From the IMG/VR virus record IMGVR_UViG_3300035191_000065: a stretch of DNA of 64,000 nucleotides; one strand, 5' to 3'. A program made the translations under genes and the position numbers. Under the pieces are notes generated by a model that was given only the letters and a program-made list of their open reading frames with translations, was not told where the DNA came from and did no database searches. Source of the DNA: an uncultured virus (IMG/VR IMGVR_UViG_3300035191_000065) (lineage: Duplodnaviria; Heunggongvirae; Uroviricota; Caudoviricetes). Below are positions 54,120 to 64,000 of the stretch, one piece after another (position 1 is the stretch's first letter; the number at the start of each line of letters is the position of its first letter).

Positions 54120-55913
54120 ATGAAAATCGTCTGTGTGGGTTTTTATGGACATGGCAACGCTGGTGATGAGGCGATCGCTCGTTCTATAGACCGATACCTG
54201 AGAAGACCGTTTCACAATGTGGAGCTGCTCTTCTCGACCGAGATGTCGCCTGAATCAGCAGCCAAGGTTAACGAGAAGAACCCATTCTACAACGATCGAA
54301 ACATCATTTCCGTCTACGACATGGAGACCATTCAGGAGCCTGACATCGTCATCGTCGGCGGCGGTGACCTCTCGGCCATCTACGGGATGACCCAGGTCGT
54401 TAAAGCCATGGAGTCGAACCGGGCCAATCTCATCGCTCGGCTTGGAACGTCGGCCAAGGACGACTTTGTTAAGGGCGGTTCGAAGTCCGTCGACTTGGTT
54501 CGTTCGTCACTCAACATCTTCGACTACATTTCCGTGCGAGATAGGGCCAGCTTCGATGTTGTTGGCTCCATGGGGATTCAGGGCGTACACATGGGTGCAG
54601 ACCTCGCGATCGACTACCCACTGAACACCCAAGGACATGAGCTGCGAAAACCCTATGCGGTGCTGGCGGTGCGTGAGGTGCGTGACGGGGATGCCTCGAA
54701 GCAGATCAAGATTGCTGACACTCTGCTTTCAGCTATGAAACGTGAAGTCAAGGACGTTTTTGTCCTTCCTTTCTGCGCAGCAGACCAGCAGTTCTTGAAG
54801 TCGGGTCCTGCGCGTAGCGACATGAAGATTATCGAGGACGCCTGGACGGACCCAGGCAAGCTCGCCTACATTATCGCTCACGCAGAGCACGTGGTCAGCG
54901 TAGGTCGGCTTCACCCGCTTGTCTTCTCGGTGGGCAATCGTGTTCCATGCTTTGCAGTGACTTATCCATGGCTCAGCGGCTACGACAAGATCAACGGCTT
55001 CATGCACCACGCTGGCCAGGGACACCGGGTTGCCGACTGGGGTTTGCCGCCCGCAGAGATCGGGGCCATGGCCCATGACGCCATCAGGACTCGTCATCGC
55101 GACAAGGAAAGTCTGAATATCTACAGCGGGCACCTAAAGGGGCTCATGTTGGAGTCACTCTGCCCCATCTGGAACGCCATGGAGGCTGGTCACGGACTCG
55201 GGCTCGAACGAGGGATGAAGAAGGGTGAATTCAGGGTTGACGACTACGATGAGTCCTACTTCTACGGCGCCCGCGTCTACAAATCTCCAGAGGGTTTCCG
55301 GGTATACCACCCCACCCGTGGCGACTGGGAGGGCTGGAATGTCATCAGAGACCTCGTCGTCCAGACGATGCGTCCTCAGACTTTGATTGATGTTGGCTGT
55401 GCCCGCGGATGGTTCATCAAGAGGATGATCGATTCCGGAGTAAAGGCCGAGGGGATCGACTCCTCAAGAGCCGCCTGGAAGGAAGCGGCCACGCCAGAGG
55501 TGCAGAAACATATCAAGGTCGGTCAGCTCACCGACCTCGAACACCGGCGATACGATGTCTTGACGGCTTTCGACGTCATGGAACACATCTTCGAGGAGGA
55601 CGTCGAGGACGCCATCCAGGCGATGAAGAACGCCGCTGGGCGCTACATCGTCATGAACATCTGCACCTCTCCAGACAACGAGGGCACCCACAGCATCAAG
55701 AAGGGCGCTCCCATTCCGGACGACCTCGAATGGCTAGCGGTGAGCGGTCACGTCACGATCAGGCATCGCCCCTGGTGGAAAGGTCGTCTAGAGGATGAGG
55801 ACTGGGAGGTCGACGATGAGATCTTCCAGAAGTGGTTCAATCACCCAGGGTTCCAGTTTCCGTCGTGGGGACACAATAACCTGGTTATCCTGAAAAGGCG
55901 CGGAGCAAAATGA
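54120..55913 (+). CDS. Polysaccharide pyruvyl transferase fused to a class I SAM methyltransferase
   Basis: GFYGHGNAGDEAI, VGGGD, SVRD..S, GRLH; then LIDVGCARG and FDVMEHI. Confidence 0.85.
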   Translation: MKIVCVGFYGHGNAGDEAIARSIDRYLRRPFHNVELLFSTEMSPESAAKVNEKNPFYNDRNIISVYDMETIQEPDIVIVGGGDLSAIYGMTQVVKAMESNRANLIARLGTSAKDDFVKGGSKSVDLVRSSLNIFDYISVRDRASFDVVGSMGIQGVHMGADLAIDYPLNTQGHELRKPYAVLAVREVRDGDASKQIKIADTLLSAMKREVKDVFVLPFCAADQQFLKSGPARSDMKIIEDAWTDPGKLAYIIAHAEHVVSVGRLHPLVFSVGNRVPCFAVTYPWLSGYDKINGFMHHAGQGHRVADWGLPPAEIGAMAHDAIRTRHRDKESLNIYSGHLKGLMLESLCPIWNAMEAGHGLGLERGMKKGEFRVDDYDESYFYGARVYKSPEGFRVYHPTRGDWEGWNVIRDLVVQTMRPQTLIDVGCARGWFIKRMIDSGVKAEGIDSSRAAWKEAATPEVQKHIKVGQLTDLEHRRYDVLTAFDVMEHIFEEDVEDAIQAMKNAAGRYIVMNICTSPDNEGTHSIKKGAPIPDDLEWLAVSGHVTIRHRPWWKGRLEDEDWEVDDEIFQKWFNHPGFQFPSWGHNNLVILKRRGAK

Positions 55914-56938
55914 GTGAGACGCCGTTCTTCTCTGTAGTCGTTGCGACATGTCGGCCGGATTATCCTTTCAGGCATCACGACTGGCATGTGCTCGGAAAGA
56001 TCATTGAGAGCTGCCAGAAGCAGACTTTCAAGGATTTCGAGCTGATCGTCGTTGACCTGATGCGCGACTATCGCCACGATTACATGGATCAATGGCGTGA
56101 GAAGGTCGACTTTCCAATTCTGCACATCATCGACAAAGACAGCGTTTTCCGTGACTTGATGCTGACTCGAATCTGCTCTGCAAAAAACACTGGGCTCCTC
56201 TACGCGAGGGGGGAATTTGTCGTCTTTAGCGACGACGGTCAGGACTGGTCCGAGGACGCATTCAGTCGTCTCTACACCTGGGCCAAGTCCGGGGTAGGTG
56301 CTACATGTCGGCTGCATAGAGACAATGGGAGAGGCGCTGTAGAGATCGACTCCAGGTGGATGGCATATAAGATAGAGGGGACGCTGAGGACAAAGCTCGT
56401 GGATGCTCAGCACATTGGCTACCTCGGGGGCACTCTTTCAATGGTGCCAATCGAAACCATGGTTCAGTGCAACGGCTGGGACGAGATGTTCGACGGGAGT
56501 CGACAGCTCGAAGATAGTGACATGGCCAAGCGCCTGGGTGCTACTGGCCTCAAAATGGCGCTCGAAGGTCATCCGAAGGTCATCGAGTTCGCGATGCACA
56601 GTTGTGATGCTCAGGTCTACCGCCATAGCATCAATACAAAGTGCAACGGCGCGTACATTTACCCTCTCTGGGATGAGCGCAAGGATCGAATCAGGGCGAA
56701 TGATAAGCTGCTGACGGACGAGCAACTACACTCTTTCCTGTTCGGTAATTGCTGGAAGCTCGGTGGAAAAGGGGAGTGCACCGTTAGCAAGGACGAGTGC
56801 CAAGGCGAATGGAAACGTCGTTCGCTGATGAACATTTACCAGGATGAGCGGCTTGTGTTTGATCTTGCCGAGCTGAGGGCGGAGCGGTCCTGGGAGACAG
56901 TCGATGAGGACCCGCTGCTGCTGGGAGAGAAACCATGA
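55910..56938 (+). CDS. GT2-like glycosyltransferase
   Basis: FSVVV, QTFKDFELIVVD, KNTGL, FSDD, NGWDE.F, ED.D. Confidence 0.85.
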   Translation: MSETPFFSVVVATCRPDYPFRHHDWHVLGKIIESCQKQTFKDFELIVVDLMRDYRHDYMDQWREKVDFPILHIIDKDSVFRDLMLTRICSAKNTGLLYARGEFVVFSDDGQDWSEDAFSRLYTWAKSGVGATCRLHRDNGRGAVEIDSRWMAYKIEGTLRTKLVDAQHIGYLGGTLSMVPIETMVQCNGWDEMFDGSRQLEDSDMAKRLGATGLKMALEGHPKVIEFAMHSCDAQVYRHSINTKCNGAYIYPLWDERKDRIRANDKLLTDEQLHSFLFGNCWKLGGKGECTVSKDECQGEWKRRSLMNIYQDERLVFDLAELRAERSWETVDEDPLLLGEKP

Positions 56939-57945
56939 AACTGTCTGTAGTGATGCACACTTGCCGTGAGGACAATGATCAGCTTCCAGACTCCGTCCTC
57001 AGGATGATGACAAATGCCATCGTCAACCAAGACTACTCGGGAGAGGTCGAATTGATCATCGTCGACCTGCTCTGGAAGGACCGTAAGGGCCAGGTGCCGC
57101 TCACTCTCAACAGTCGAATGGGGCAAACCATCCCTGTGCTCCATACTCCGGACAAGTCGAGCCCCTTTAAAGACCGTGGGCTGCTTCGCATCGCAACACC
57201 GAAGAACACTGGGCTCATCATGGCCACGGGCACCCACGTCGTCTTTACCGATGACTGCCAGGTAATCCCAGAGAACGCTCTTTCACTCATTGCTGGTTGG
57301 GCTGAACAGGGCGCCGGGTGCACCATGGCCTACGAGAAGCGAGTGCTCGGTGTTGACGGGGAAGATGATCGGGTCACTGGCGTCGATCAGCGGGGAGTGC
57401 ATCTTGGCATTCAAGAAGGTGAAGGTAAGCTCAAGCCAGCGAGAGATATAGGCTTTCTTGGCGGTACGATGTCCATGGTGCCGATGGAGACACTCCGAAA
57501 GGTCAACGGCTGGGACGAAATGTTCGACGGGAGCCGACAGCTCGAAGACGCCGATATGATCGTGCGACTCGCAGCAGCCTCGCAGATGATGGCCTACGAG
57601 AACACGGCTCGTATCATCGAGTACGAGTGTGGGGCCTACGGCGACGTTGTCAACACGCAGCCCATCAAGTGCAACGGCGCCTACGCGCAGTACGTGTGGA
57701 GTCTCGGCCGCACCGAGGCCAACAAGCTCATGGGCGACCAGCTCGACGAGGCCGTCCGGAGGATGTATTGGGAGGACTGCATTCGGTATCGCGAGGGAGA
57801 CAAGTGCTGGCCGCATGACGGTGACTGCACCAAGCTCGGCGAGCTGGATGAACTGGAGGCGGTCTACAAGGACTTGCGCCTCAACTTCGATATCACTCGG
57901 GAGCAGGAGCGCCGGGACGAGATCGTGGAGGCACTGGTCGGATGA
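56935..57945 (+). CDS. GT2-like glycosyltransferase, tandem paralog
   Basis: ELIIVD, KNTGL, FTDD, NGWDEMFDGSRQLED. Confidence 0.85.
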   Translation: MKLSVVMHTCREDNDQLPDSVLRMMTNAIVNQDYSGEVELIIVDLLWKDRKGQVPLTLNSRMGQTIPVLHTPDKSSPFKDRGLLRIATPKNTGLIMATGTHVVFTDDCQVIPENALSLIAGWAEQGAGCTMAYEKRVLGVDGEDDRVTGVDQRGVHLGIQEGEGKLKPARDIGFLGGTMSMVPMETLRKVNGWDEMFDGSRQLEDADMIVRLAAASQMMAYENTARIIEYECGAYGDVVNTQPIKCNGAYAQYVWSLGRTEANKLMGDQLDEAVRRMYWEDCIRYREGDKCWPHDGDCTKLGELDELEAVYKDLRLNFDITREQERRDEIVEALVG

Positions 57946-58610
57946 GCGTTGCGGATCATTACTGGTATCGAGAGGCGGTCGGAGGTCCAAAGGCAAGAGA
58001 CCCGCTTTTCTGGAACGAACTCGGAGCCCTTCAGCTTCGATTTCTCAAGGAGCAGGGTCTTGTTCCTGAGCATAGAGTGCTGGAGGTGGGGAGTGGTCCG
58101 TTTCGAGCAGGACGCTATCTGATGGGCTATCTGAATGAGGGCAATTACTTCGGTTTAGAGAAAGAGTACAAGTTCGTCGCTGCCGGTTTTGAAAGTGAGC
58201 TACTCGTCTTTGACGATTGGAAGGCCAACTTCATGGTCATGGTCAACGACGACTTCGATCTCTCAATGCTGCCTCCATGGGTGTCGATCGACATCGCCAT
58301 CTCGCACTCAGTTTTTACACATCTTGTACCGGATCAGATAGAGAGGTGCATAAGAAACGTAGTCGAGAGGCTCTACCCAGATGGTGTGTTCTTTTCTACG
58401 TTTCATCCGGGGCCTGAAATCGACGTTAGCAGCCCTCTCGACGGGGATCAGGGGTGGCGCAAGGGAGAACGCTGGCTGACCAAGTATCCCATCTCGGTGA
58501 TGAGTGAAATCGCCGAAAAGGCCGGCGCCAAGTTCGGGTATGTTGGTGAGTGGGGCCATCCCGATAACCCGAGTGGATTTCAGATGATGGCTCAATTCAC
58601 GAGGCCCTGA
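57942..58610 (+). CDS. Class I SAM-dependent methyltransferase
   Basis: VLEVGSGPFRAG, SVFTHL. Confidence 0.85.
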   Translation: MSVADHYWYREAVGGPKARDPLFWNELGALQLRFLKEQGLVPEHRVLEVGSGPFRAGRYLMGYLNEGNYFGLEKEYKFVAAGFESELLVFDDWKANFMVMVNDDFDLSMLPPWVSIDIAISHSVFTHLVPDQIERCIRNVVERLYPDGVFFSTFHPGPEIDVSSPLDGDQGWRKGERWLTKYPISVMSEIAEKAGAKFGYVGEWGHPDNPSGFQMMAQFTRP

Positions 58611-59629
58611 TGATTTCTATTATCGTATCCCTGGGCTTCATCAAGCAAGGGAACATGGGCGACCTGAGCCTCGGTGACGAGTTCGATCACCTCGCGCCCA
58701 TCGCCAAAGCTCAGTGCAACTGGGAGCTGGTAATTGTCGATCGAGCATGGCCAACTCGTTTTGGTCGTGTCGAGGAAGCGCTTGGTTCGGTGATAGACCG
58801 AGTTAAGTACGTCCCTTGTAAGCCATCGAGGATGGTCGAGATAGGCTACCGAGCTGTCAACGCTCAGCGCAACTCTGGAGCGATTGTGTCTCAGGGTGAC
58901 CTACTGATGTTCCTTGACGACTTTCTTCTCATCGACCCCTTGGTGGTTGATGAAATTCATTGGACCTTCTACGAACAGGGGCTCGTCTTGTGTCCTGTCA
59001 TCAGAGAGGATGACTACCCCTTGGAGAAGTACGGCGATGCTCTGACCCCGTTTAGCGGACATAACCCGGGCATTTACATGGCGAAGCGTTGCGTGTTCGA
59101 GGAGCTGGGAGGCTTCGACGAGAACTACGACGGGGCTTATGGAGAGGAAGACACGGACTGGCAGAACCGCCTCGATATCTATCTTGAGGTTTTTCACCTT
59201 CCTCATCGTCAGAGGCGGCGCGGGGTCATCTTCCCCCAAACAAAGCATCGGAACGGCAAGTTCCCAGAGCCGAGATTCCCTCCGTGGTCCATCGAAACGG
59301 ATCCGGAGTACCTGAGATGCAACCGGGTCTTTTATCAGCGGATTTCAGGGCCTCGTATCGAGGATCGTGATTGGCAGGGCAACCGCAAGCTCACTGATGA
59401 GGAGAGGTCCAGGTTGAGGGTGGGGAGCTGCAGCCCGGCTTGCGGCGTCTGCAAGCGCGAGGATCGTCCTCTTCAGCTCAAGAGCTACCGGGTGATGGGT
59501 CCTGACGAGCATGTCGTCACCAAGATGAGGATGGTTGCTGAGGGAGGCGTCAAAGTGGGCTCAGGCAGCTTCAATCCCTGGTCGGAGATCCAGAGCAAGC
59601 TGTTCGAGTGGGAGAGCAAGGATGTCTGA
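58610..59629 (+). CDS. GT2/GT7C-like glycosyltransferase
   Basis: ELVIVD, RNSG, FLDD, GGFDENYDGAYGEEDTD. Confidence 0.85.
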   Translation: MISIIVSLGFIKQGNMGDLSLGDEFDHLAPIAKAQCNWELVIVDRAWPTRFGRVEEALGSVIDRVKYVPCKPSRMVEIGYRAVNAQRNSGAIVSQGDLLMFLDDFLLIDPLVVDEIHWTFYEQGLVLCPVIREDDYPLEKYGDALTPFSGHNPGIYMAKRCVFEELGGFDENYDGAYGEEDTDWQNRLDIYLEVFHLPHRQRRRGVIFPQTKHRNGKFPEPRFPPWSIETDPEYLRCNRVFYQRISGPRIEDRDWQGNRKLTDEERSRLRVGSCSPACGVCKREDRPLQLKSYRVMGPDEHVVTKMRMVAEGGVKVGSGSFNPWSEIQSKLFEWESKDV

Positions 59630-60464
59630 AGAAGAGAAAAAAGAGGAAGAGGTCGAGGAGGAGAAATTCGTCTCCTCGATTGATGTTGTCGTGCCGATTA
59701 GCAATGTTATTGAGCGCTTGCCCTACCTGAGGCACTGCCTTCGATCTATTGATGCTCAGGACTACCCAAAGGACCACTACGAGGTCATCGTTGCGTGCAT
59801 TATGGAAGAGGGAGAGAGCCGCGGGGCCATTCGTGATCTTGGAGCGCTCTGCGCCGAGTTTCACGCGACAGTCGTCTTTAAGCCAGAGACGGATCCGGCA
59901 TTTAGTCTCGCCAGGGCCTACAATATCGGCGTTCGACATGGTTCGAGAGAGGCCGTCGCCTGCCTCAACTGCGATGTTTACTTCCACCCGAAACTCTTTT
60001 CCTTTGCAGCGCAGGTGCTGAACAAAGGAAAGATGGCAGTAGTCCCCGTGGCTCGAAGTGATGGAGAACCGGGCATCGGGATGTTCGACGAGGATATCCC
60101 GAGGATGGCTCAGAACGAAGAGGAGTGGGGCTTCTTCGCGGACAGGCTAGACTGTCGGCGTGACGGCATGGGGAACGCCTTCTATCCGCGCTCCTTTTTC
60201 GAGAAGGCTCACGGCTTTGACGAGCGGCTCTACGGCTGGGGTGCCGAAGACTACGACCTCGCCACACGGGCTGAGAGGGCCATCGGGCAGGTACATCTCC
60301 TCGACCTCGGGTGCCCCAAGGGTATCCACATCATGCACCCTGCGAGTCCTACTCGGGAGAGTGAGATGACGGAGAGAAATCGAAAGATCGTCTTCTCATC
60401 GCAGAGCCTGGTGCGGAACCCTGAGTCCTGGGGTGACGTTCTTGTGCCTGACGATGATTTCTGA
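59622..60464 (+). CDS. GT2/GT7C-like glycosyltransferase
   Basis: VVVP, CLRSI..QDYP, GFDERLYGWGAEDYD. Confidence 0.85.
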   Translation: MSEEEKKEEEVEEEKFVSSIDVVVPISNVIERLPYLRHCLRSIDAQDYPKDHYEVIVACIMEEGESRGAIRDLGALCAEFHATVVFKPETDPAFSLARAYNIGVRHGSREAVACLNCDVYFHPKLFSFAAQVLNKGKMAVVPVARSDGEPGIGMFDEDIPRMAQNEEEWGFFADRLDCRRDGMGNAFYPRSFFEKAHGFDERLYGWGAEDYDLATRAERAIGQVHLLDLGCPKGIHIMHPASPTRESEMTERNRKIVFSSQSLVRNPESWGDVLVPDDDF

Positions 60465-60516
60465 CCGGGCTGTCAATATCGTCCTGTAAGATGGGGAAAT
60501 CCAGGGAGAGTCACTC

Positions 60517-61503
60517 GTGCATCTTGGTCCGATACAGCTCATCGCCTACATCACAGGGCGATGCAATCTAAAATGCGAATTTTGTCGTCGACAGCGCGGG
60601 GAACTGAAAACGGCGATACCTGAGGTGACGCCAGCTATCCTGAAAAGGGCCTTCGACATGTTCCCCTCGATTACGGGTGTGTCAGTAGCAGGCTTCGGAG
60701 AACCGCTGTTGGCGTCCTGCTTCTCGGATTCGGTCAACTACTGTTTCGAGCGAGGAAAAAACGTTGTTCTGAGCACCAATGGTCTTGCCTGGAAAAAGCA
60801 CATAGACGATGTTCCGTGGGCTCGATTGCTTCAGGTGTCGCTTTCGGTCAACGAGATCGACCGTGAGCTTTACCAGGAGACTACTGGGGTCGACGGGCTA
60901 CCTCGTGTCATCCAGGCGGCGAAGTTCTACAAGGAGCAAGGCGCCAAGCTTGGAATGACCTTTGTCGTCGGTAAGCACAACTGGAGCCGCATGAAGCAGT
61001 ACATGCATTTCGCCAAGCGCCTGGAGGCCGACTTCATCGCCTTCTTCAACACGCTCCCCCATCATGACGGCGAAGAGAAAGCGGAATGGTTCCGTTCGAG
61101 AGTCCTGACGACGAATGATACAGAGTATTTGCGAGCGGAAGAGGATATTAGGAAGGTGGCTCCTCGCATTGGTCTGACGGTTCATACTTGGCCCACGCTG
61201 GTGAGGTCTCCAGATACATGTGAAATCGGATGTTCGAGTCCTTTTAATATGTTGGGAGTCGATGGGCTTGGCAACATCACAGGATGTTGCCGGATACTGC
61301 CTCCAAGGGCCGAGTACGGAAACCTCGATGACGGTCCTGGCCTGTGGACTGAGTCGGAGCACCTGAAGTGGCTCCGAGGGATGATTCAGGGCGAAAGCGA
61401 GTTGCAGTTCCCCTGTACTGACTGTTTCGGTGCCTACTACCCGAGGGCTGACTGGTTTATGAGGGCAACGCGATGTGTGTATGGGGATCAATTACCACGC
61501 TGA
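60517..61503 (+). CDS. Radical SAM protein with SPASM/twitch-like C-terminus
   Basis: CNLKCEFC, GFGEPLL, STNG, C..PF...G....CC, C..C. Confidence 0.9.
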   Translation: MHLGPIQLIAYITGRCNLKCEFCRRQRGELKTAIPEVTPAILKRAFDMFPSITGVSVAGFGEPLLASCFSDSVNYCFERGKNVVLSTNGLAWKKHIDDVPWARLLQVSLSVNEIDRELYQETTGVDGLPRVIQAAKFYKEQGAKLGMTFVVGKHNWSRMKQYMHFAKRLEADFIAFFNTLPHHDGEEKAEWFRSRVLTTNDTEYLRAEEDIRKVAPRIGLTVHTWPTLVRSPDTCEIGCSSPFNMLGVDGLGNITGCCRILPPRAEYGNLDDGPGLWTESEHLKWLRGMIQGESELQFPCTDCFGAYYPRADWFMRATRCVYGDQLPR

Positions 61504-62333
61504 TTATGCATCACCCCCTGAGGCCGATAAGGTGCCTGCTTGGGGCTCTTCAATCGCTCGAAGAGTCGACGACCATGGATCTGCGAGTCGAAGTTGTCGT
61601 TCAGGGAGCAGGCAACGGTGGGCGCCTGCCCGACCTTCCTGATCGGTCGGAATTTTCTTATGAGCTTCGGTACTTGATACGATCGGAAAACGTTGGAAAT
61701 TCACTGCCCTGCTTCGAGTCATCCTCAAGATGTAAGACGGATCTTTGGTCTAAGCTTGACGACGACACGGTTATTCCGACGATGGGTTGGGATCGGCTGC
61801 GGGCTTGCCTGATGTTGGAGCGGGAGCTTGGTGATTTCAGGGTTGGAGCTGCTGGCTTTGGTCACTGGGACAGCGTTCCGAGACTCATGAAGGTGTCCAA
61901 GGGGCACCTCTATCGGGTTCCGGGGCATCACGTTGAACGTGATCTCGAAAAGACGAGGTACGCCATTTGTGACATCTGTGGCAATGGCGCCGTTATCTAT
62001 CTTCCAGAGGTTTTTCGAAGCGGCTGCAACTTTGATCCGCAGCACTTTGTCGCGAGTGAGCACATCGACCTGGCTTTGCAGATGCTGAAGCAGGGCTATC
62101 TTGCGATTCATATCACTGATCCGCTGGCGCCTCATCAGAAAAAACGTTGTAGCCCTCCTGAGTATGAAGCTGTGAGACTCGGCGACCAGCAAAAAAGGGA
62201 AGCATGGCAGAAGCTGGTTGATAAATGGGGCCTGAACGATGTCGGTCTTTACAAGAACGTTTTCGGCAAGTTCCCCGATGGCACAGAAGAGGTCTTTCGG
62301 GCCGGTGGCCCCGAGGTGAGTGAGGAGTTTTGA
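61473..62333 (+). CDS. GT2-like glycosyltransferase
   Basis: ENVG, KLDDD, FDP.HF...EH.D; paralogous to the N-terminus of the next gene. Confidence 0.7.
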   Translation: MCVWGSITTLIMHHPLRPIRCLLGALQSLEESTTMDLRVEVVVQGAGNGGRLPDLPDRSEFSYELRYLIRSENVGNSLPCFESSSRCKTDLWSKLDDDTVIPTMGWDRLRACLMLERELGDFRVGAAGFGHWDSVPRLMKVSKGHLYRVPGHHVERDLEKTRYAICDICGNGAVIYLPEVFRSGCNFDPQHFVASEHIDLALQMLKQGYLAIHITDPLAPHQKKRCSPPEYEAVRLGDQQKREAWQKLVDKWGLNDVGLYKNVFGKFPDGTEEVFRAGGPEVSEEF

Positions 62334-62336
62334 GCA

Positions 62337-63995
62337 ATGGCACAGCCTTTCTTGACGACAATCGTTCTCTACCATCCGAGACGGCCGCTAAACTGCCTGC
62401 TCAATACCCTCGGCGCCCTGGAGTTTGCAACCAAGAAGCCTCACCGTGTCGAGCTGGTTGTCCAGGGTCCCCTTCAAAAAGGTATTTCTCTTCCAAGGGC
62501 GAGCGAGTTCAAGTTCGAGCTGGTCGTTGATCATAAAGAGAAGAACGTTGGTCTGTCTTTGCCGCTTCACGAGAGCATCGAGCGTCTTGAGAGTCCGTGG
62601 TGGGCCAAGGTCGATGACGACATCACGATCCCCAAGTGGGGATGGGACTTGCTCATCAGGGCAATCGAGGCTGAGCGGAAGAGAGGAGAGTTCGATGTAG
62701 GTGCTGGGTTTATCTCTCCTGGTGATATTCCGTCCAGATTGTTTCGTAAAGAAAATGGCCAATTGGTTTTTTATAACGGAACTCACGCAACACGGAAGCT
62801 TAGCGGTTTTGCCAACTACGAAATCTGCGATTATTCTGGCATGGGTGTGACTGTTATTCCTGTAGAAACATTCAAAAGGGGCATCTGCCCAGACCCACGA
62901 TATTTTGTTTCTGGAGAGAATATTGACTTCGCATATCAGATGTGGATGGCGGGTGTTCAGTACGCTCATATGATGAACCCCACATGTGTACATCACAAGC
63001 ATATTTGTACAAATGCTGAGTACAACCAAGACCGGTGGTCATCGGAGATGATTTGGCGCTCATGTCAGATCTTTTACAACAAGTGGCACCTGAAAAACGC
63101 GCCCCTGTGGAACGCCTGTGGACACAACCTCGAAGAAGAGGTGCCTGAGATCGATTGCGTAGAGGGGGACGAGACCCAGAGCTTCAAGGATAACCTCAAA
63201 CCCGTAGACAGCTTTGGTGAATGCGTCGAGGGGCCGCGGATCATCGGAATCATCGGTAGAAGCTTTTGCGGGAGCACTTTACTCAGCCGTCTGATGGCGG
63301 CTATCGACGGTGTCGGCGCAGCGGGAGAGCTGCACTGGGTCCATGATGCACCGCTCATTGGTGACGTGAAGACGAAAGCTGGATGGCCCGTCACTCGTAG
63401 GTGCGTAAAATGCGGAGAGAAGTGCCGTGTTTTCAGCGAGAGCTTCATCGCCAGCCCCCCGAAAAAGAAGGATCTCTACCGTGAGGTTGCGGAGAGGATG
63501 GGGGTGGACACTCTTGTTGTCTCTGACAAGCTGACGGGTCATTACAGCCAGTGCTGCGCCAGAAACAATGTTGATGGCATTGTTTTGTTCAAGCGGCCGG
63601 AGGCGGCAGCTCTCAGCGACATGAGAAACGAAGGTCAGACGGTCGAGCAGGCCGTCGCCGGCTATGCTGGAATGTACGACGGTATGCTTCGTTGGGCGCC
63701 TCAGTACTGTCGTCGGCTTCTCTTTGTTAACTACGAAGAGTTGGCTGAAGATCCCTGGGGAATGACAGAAAAAGTTCGCAAGGCTCTTGGAATCCCTGGT
63801 GAGCTGCCGGAGGAGAAGGACTACGCAGCGGTCGAGTATCATGCGGTCGGTGGAAATCCCAAGGCGCACAAGAGAGAAGATATCTCCGTAGACGATCGCT
63901 GGAAAACTGAGCTAAGTGCGAGGGAAAGGGGGTTCATTGCTAACAGCCGCGCTAATGCGATCTTCAAAAAGCTCATGCAAAAGAGAACCCGTTAA
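62337..63995 (+). CDS. GT2-like glycosyltransferase fused to a sulfotransferase domain
   Basis: KNVG, KVDDD; then IIGRSFCGSTLL (PAPS-binding loop), GE, DK, R.P, YEEL..DP. Confidence 0.8.
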   Translation: MAQPFLTTIVLYHPRRPLNCLLNTLGALEFATKKPHRVELVVQGPLQKGISLPRASEFKFELVVDHKEKNVGLSLPLHESIERLESPWWAKVDDDITIPKWGWDLLIRAIEAERKRGEFDVGAGFISPGDIPSRLFRKENGQLVFYNGTHATRKLSGFANYEICDYSGMGVTVIPVETFKRGICPDPRYFVSGENIDFAYQMWMAGVQYAHMMNPTCVHHKHICTNAEYNQDRWSSEMIWRSCQIFYNKWHLKNAPLWNACGHNLEEEVPEIDCVEGDETQSFKDNLKPVDSFGECVEGPRIIGIIGRSFCGSTLLSRLMAAIDGVGAAGELHWVHDAPLIGDVKTKAGWPVTRRCVKCGEKCRVFSESFIASPPKKKDLYREVAERMGVDTLVVSDKLTGHYSQCCARNNVDGIVLFKRPEAAALSDMRNEGQTVEQAVAGYAGMYDGMLRWAPQYCRRLLFVNYEELAEDPWGMTEKVRKALGIPGELPEEKDYAAVEYHAVGGNPKAHKREDISVDDRWKTELSARERGFIANSRANAIFKKLMQKRTR

Positions 63996-64000
63996 GATGC

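Noticed and set aside
1..64000. tRNA, rRNA, integrase or transposase genes
   Set aside because: None recognisable by eye; the intergenic hairpin regions do not show a cloverleaf with T-loop consensus. tRNAscan/Infernal were not run.

Overview
A gene-dense, entirely plus-strand, GC-rich segment that reads as part of a large bacterial virus genome. No terminase, portal or tail gene is recognisable in the window, and the structural block is dominated by membrane-anchored proteins, so I infer a tailless, lipid-containing virion. From left to right: (1) a coiled-coil protein and a transglutaminase-like Cys-His-Asp protease candidate; (2) about 25 small genes (3.3-17.6 kb), most sharing an N-terminal M-(S/T)-YEY...G(L/M)G leader and a C-terminal TM anchor, with shuffled Cys-rich 'CCPP', peptidoglycan-binding and TPR modules; (3) a 1171-aa Lys/Arg-rich protein punctuated by Asn-Pro motifs, then three candidate jelly-roll capsid genes flanked by structured intergenic RNA; (4) accessory proteins, many carrying an (R/E)xNP tag (SleB-like hydrolase, clan-CD-like protease candidate, Nudix, SGNH, HTH repeats); (5) lysis and regulatory genes; (6) a large glycan-building region (about 10 glycosyltransferases plus pyruvyl-, methyl- and sulfotransferase domains and a radical SAM enzyme). 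The best candidate for an undescribed system is a two-tag (GLG leader / NP motif) virion-protein sorting or maturation code with two candidate proteases. Two recurring DNA palindromes also mark promoters. All family calls are by-eye motif recognition; no database searches were run.
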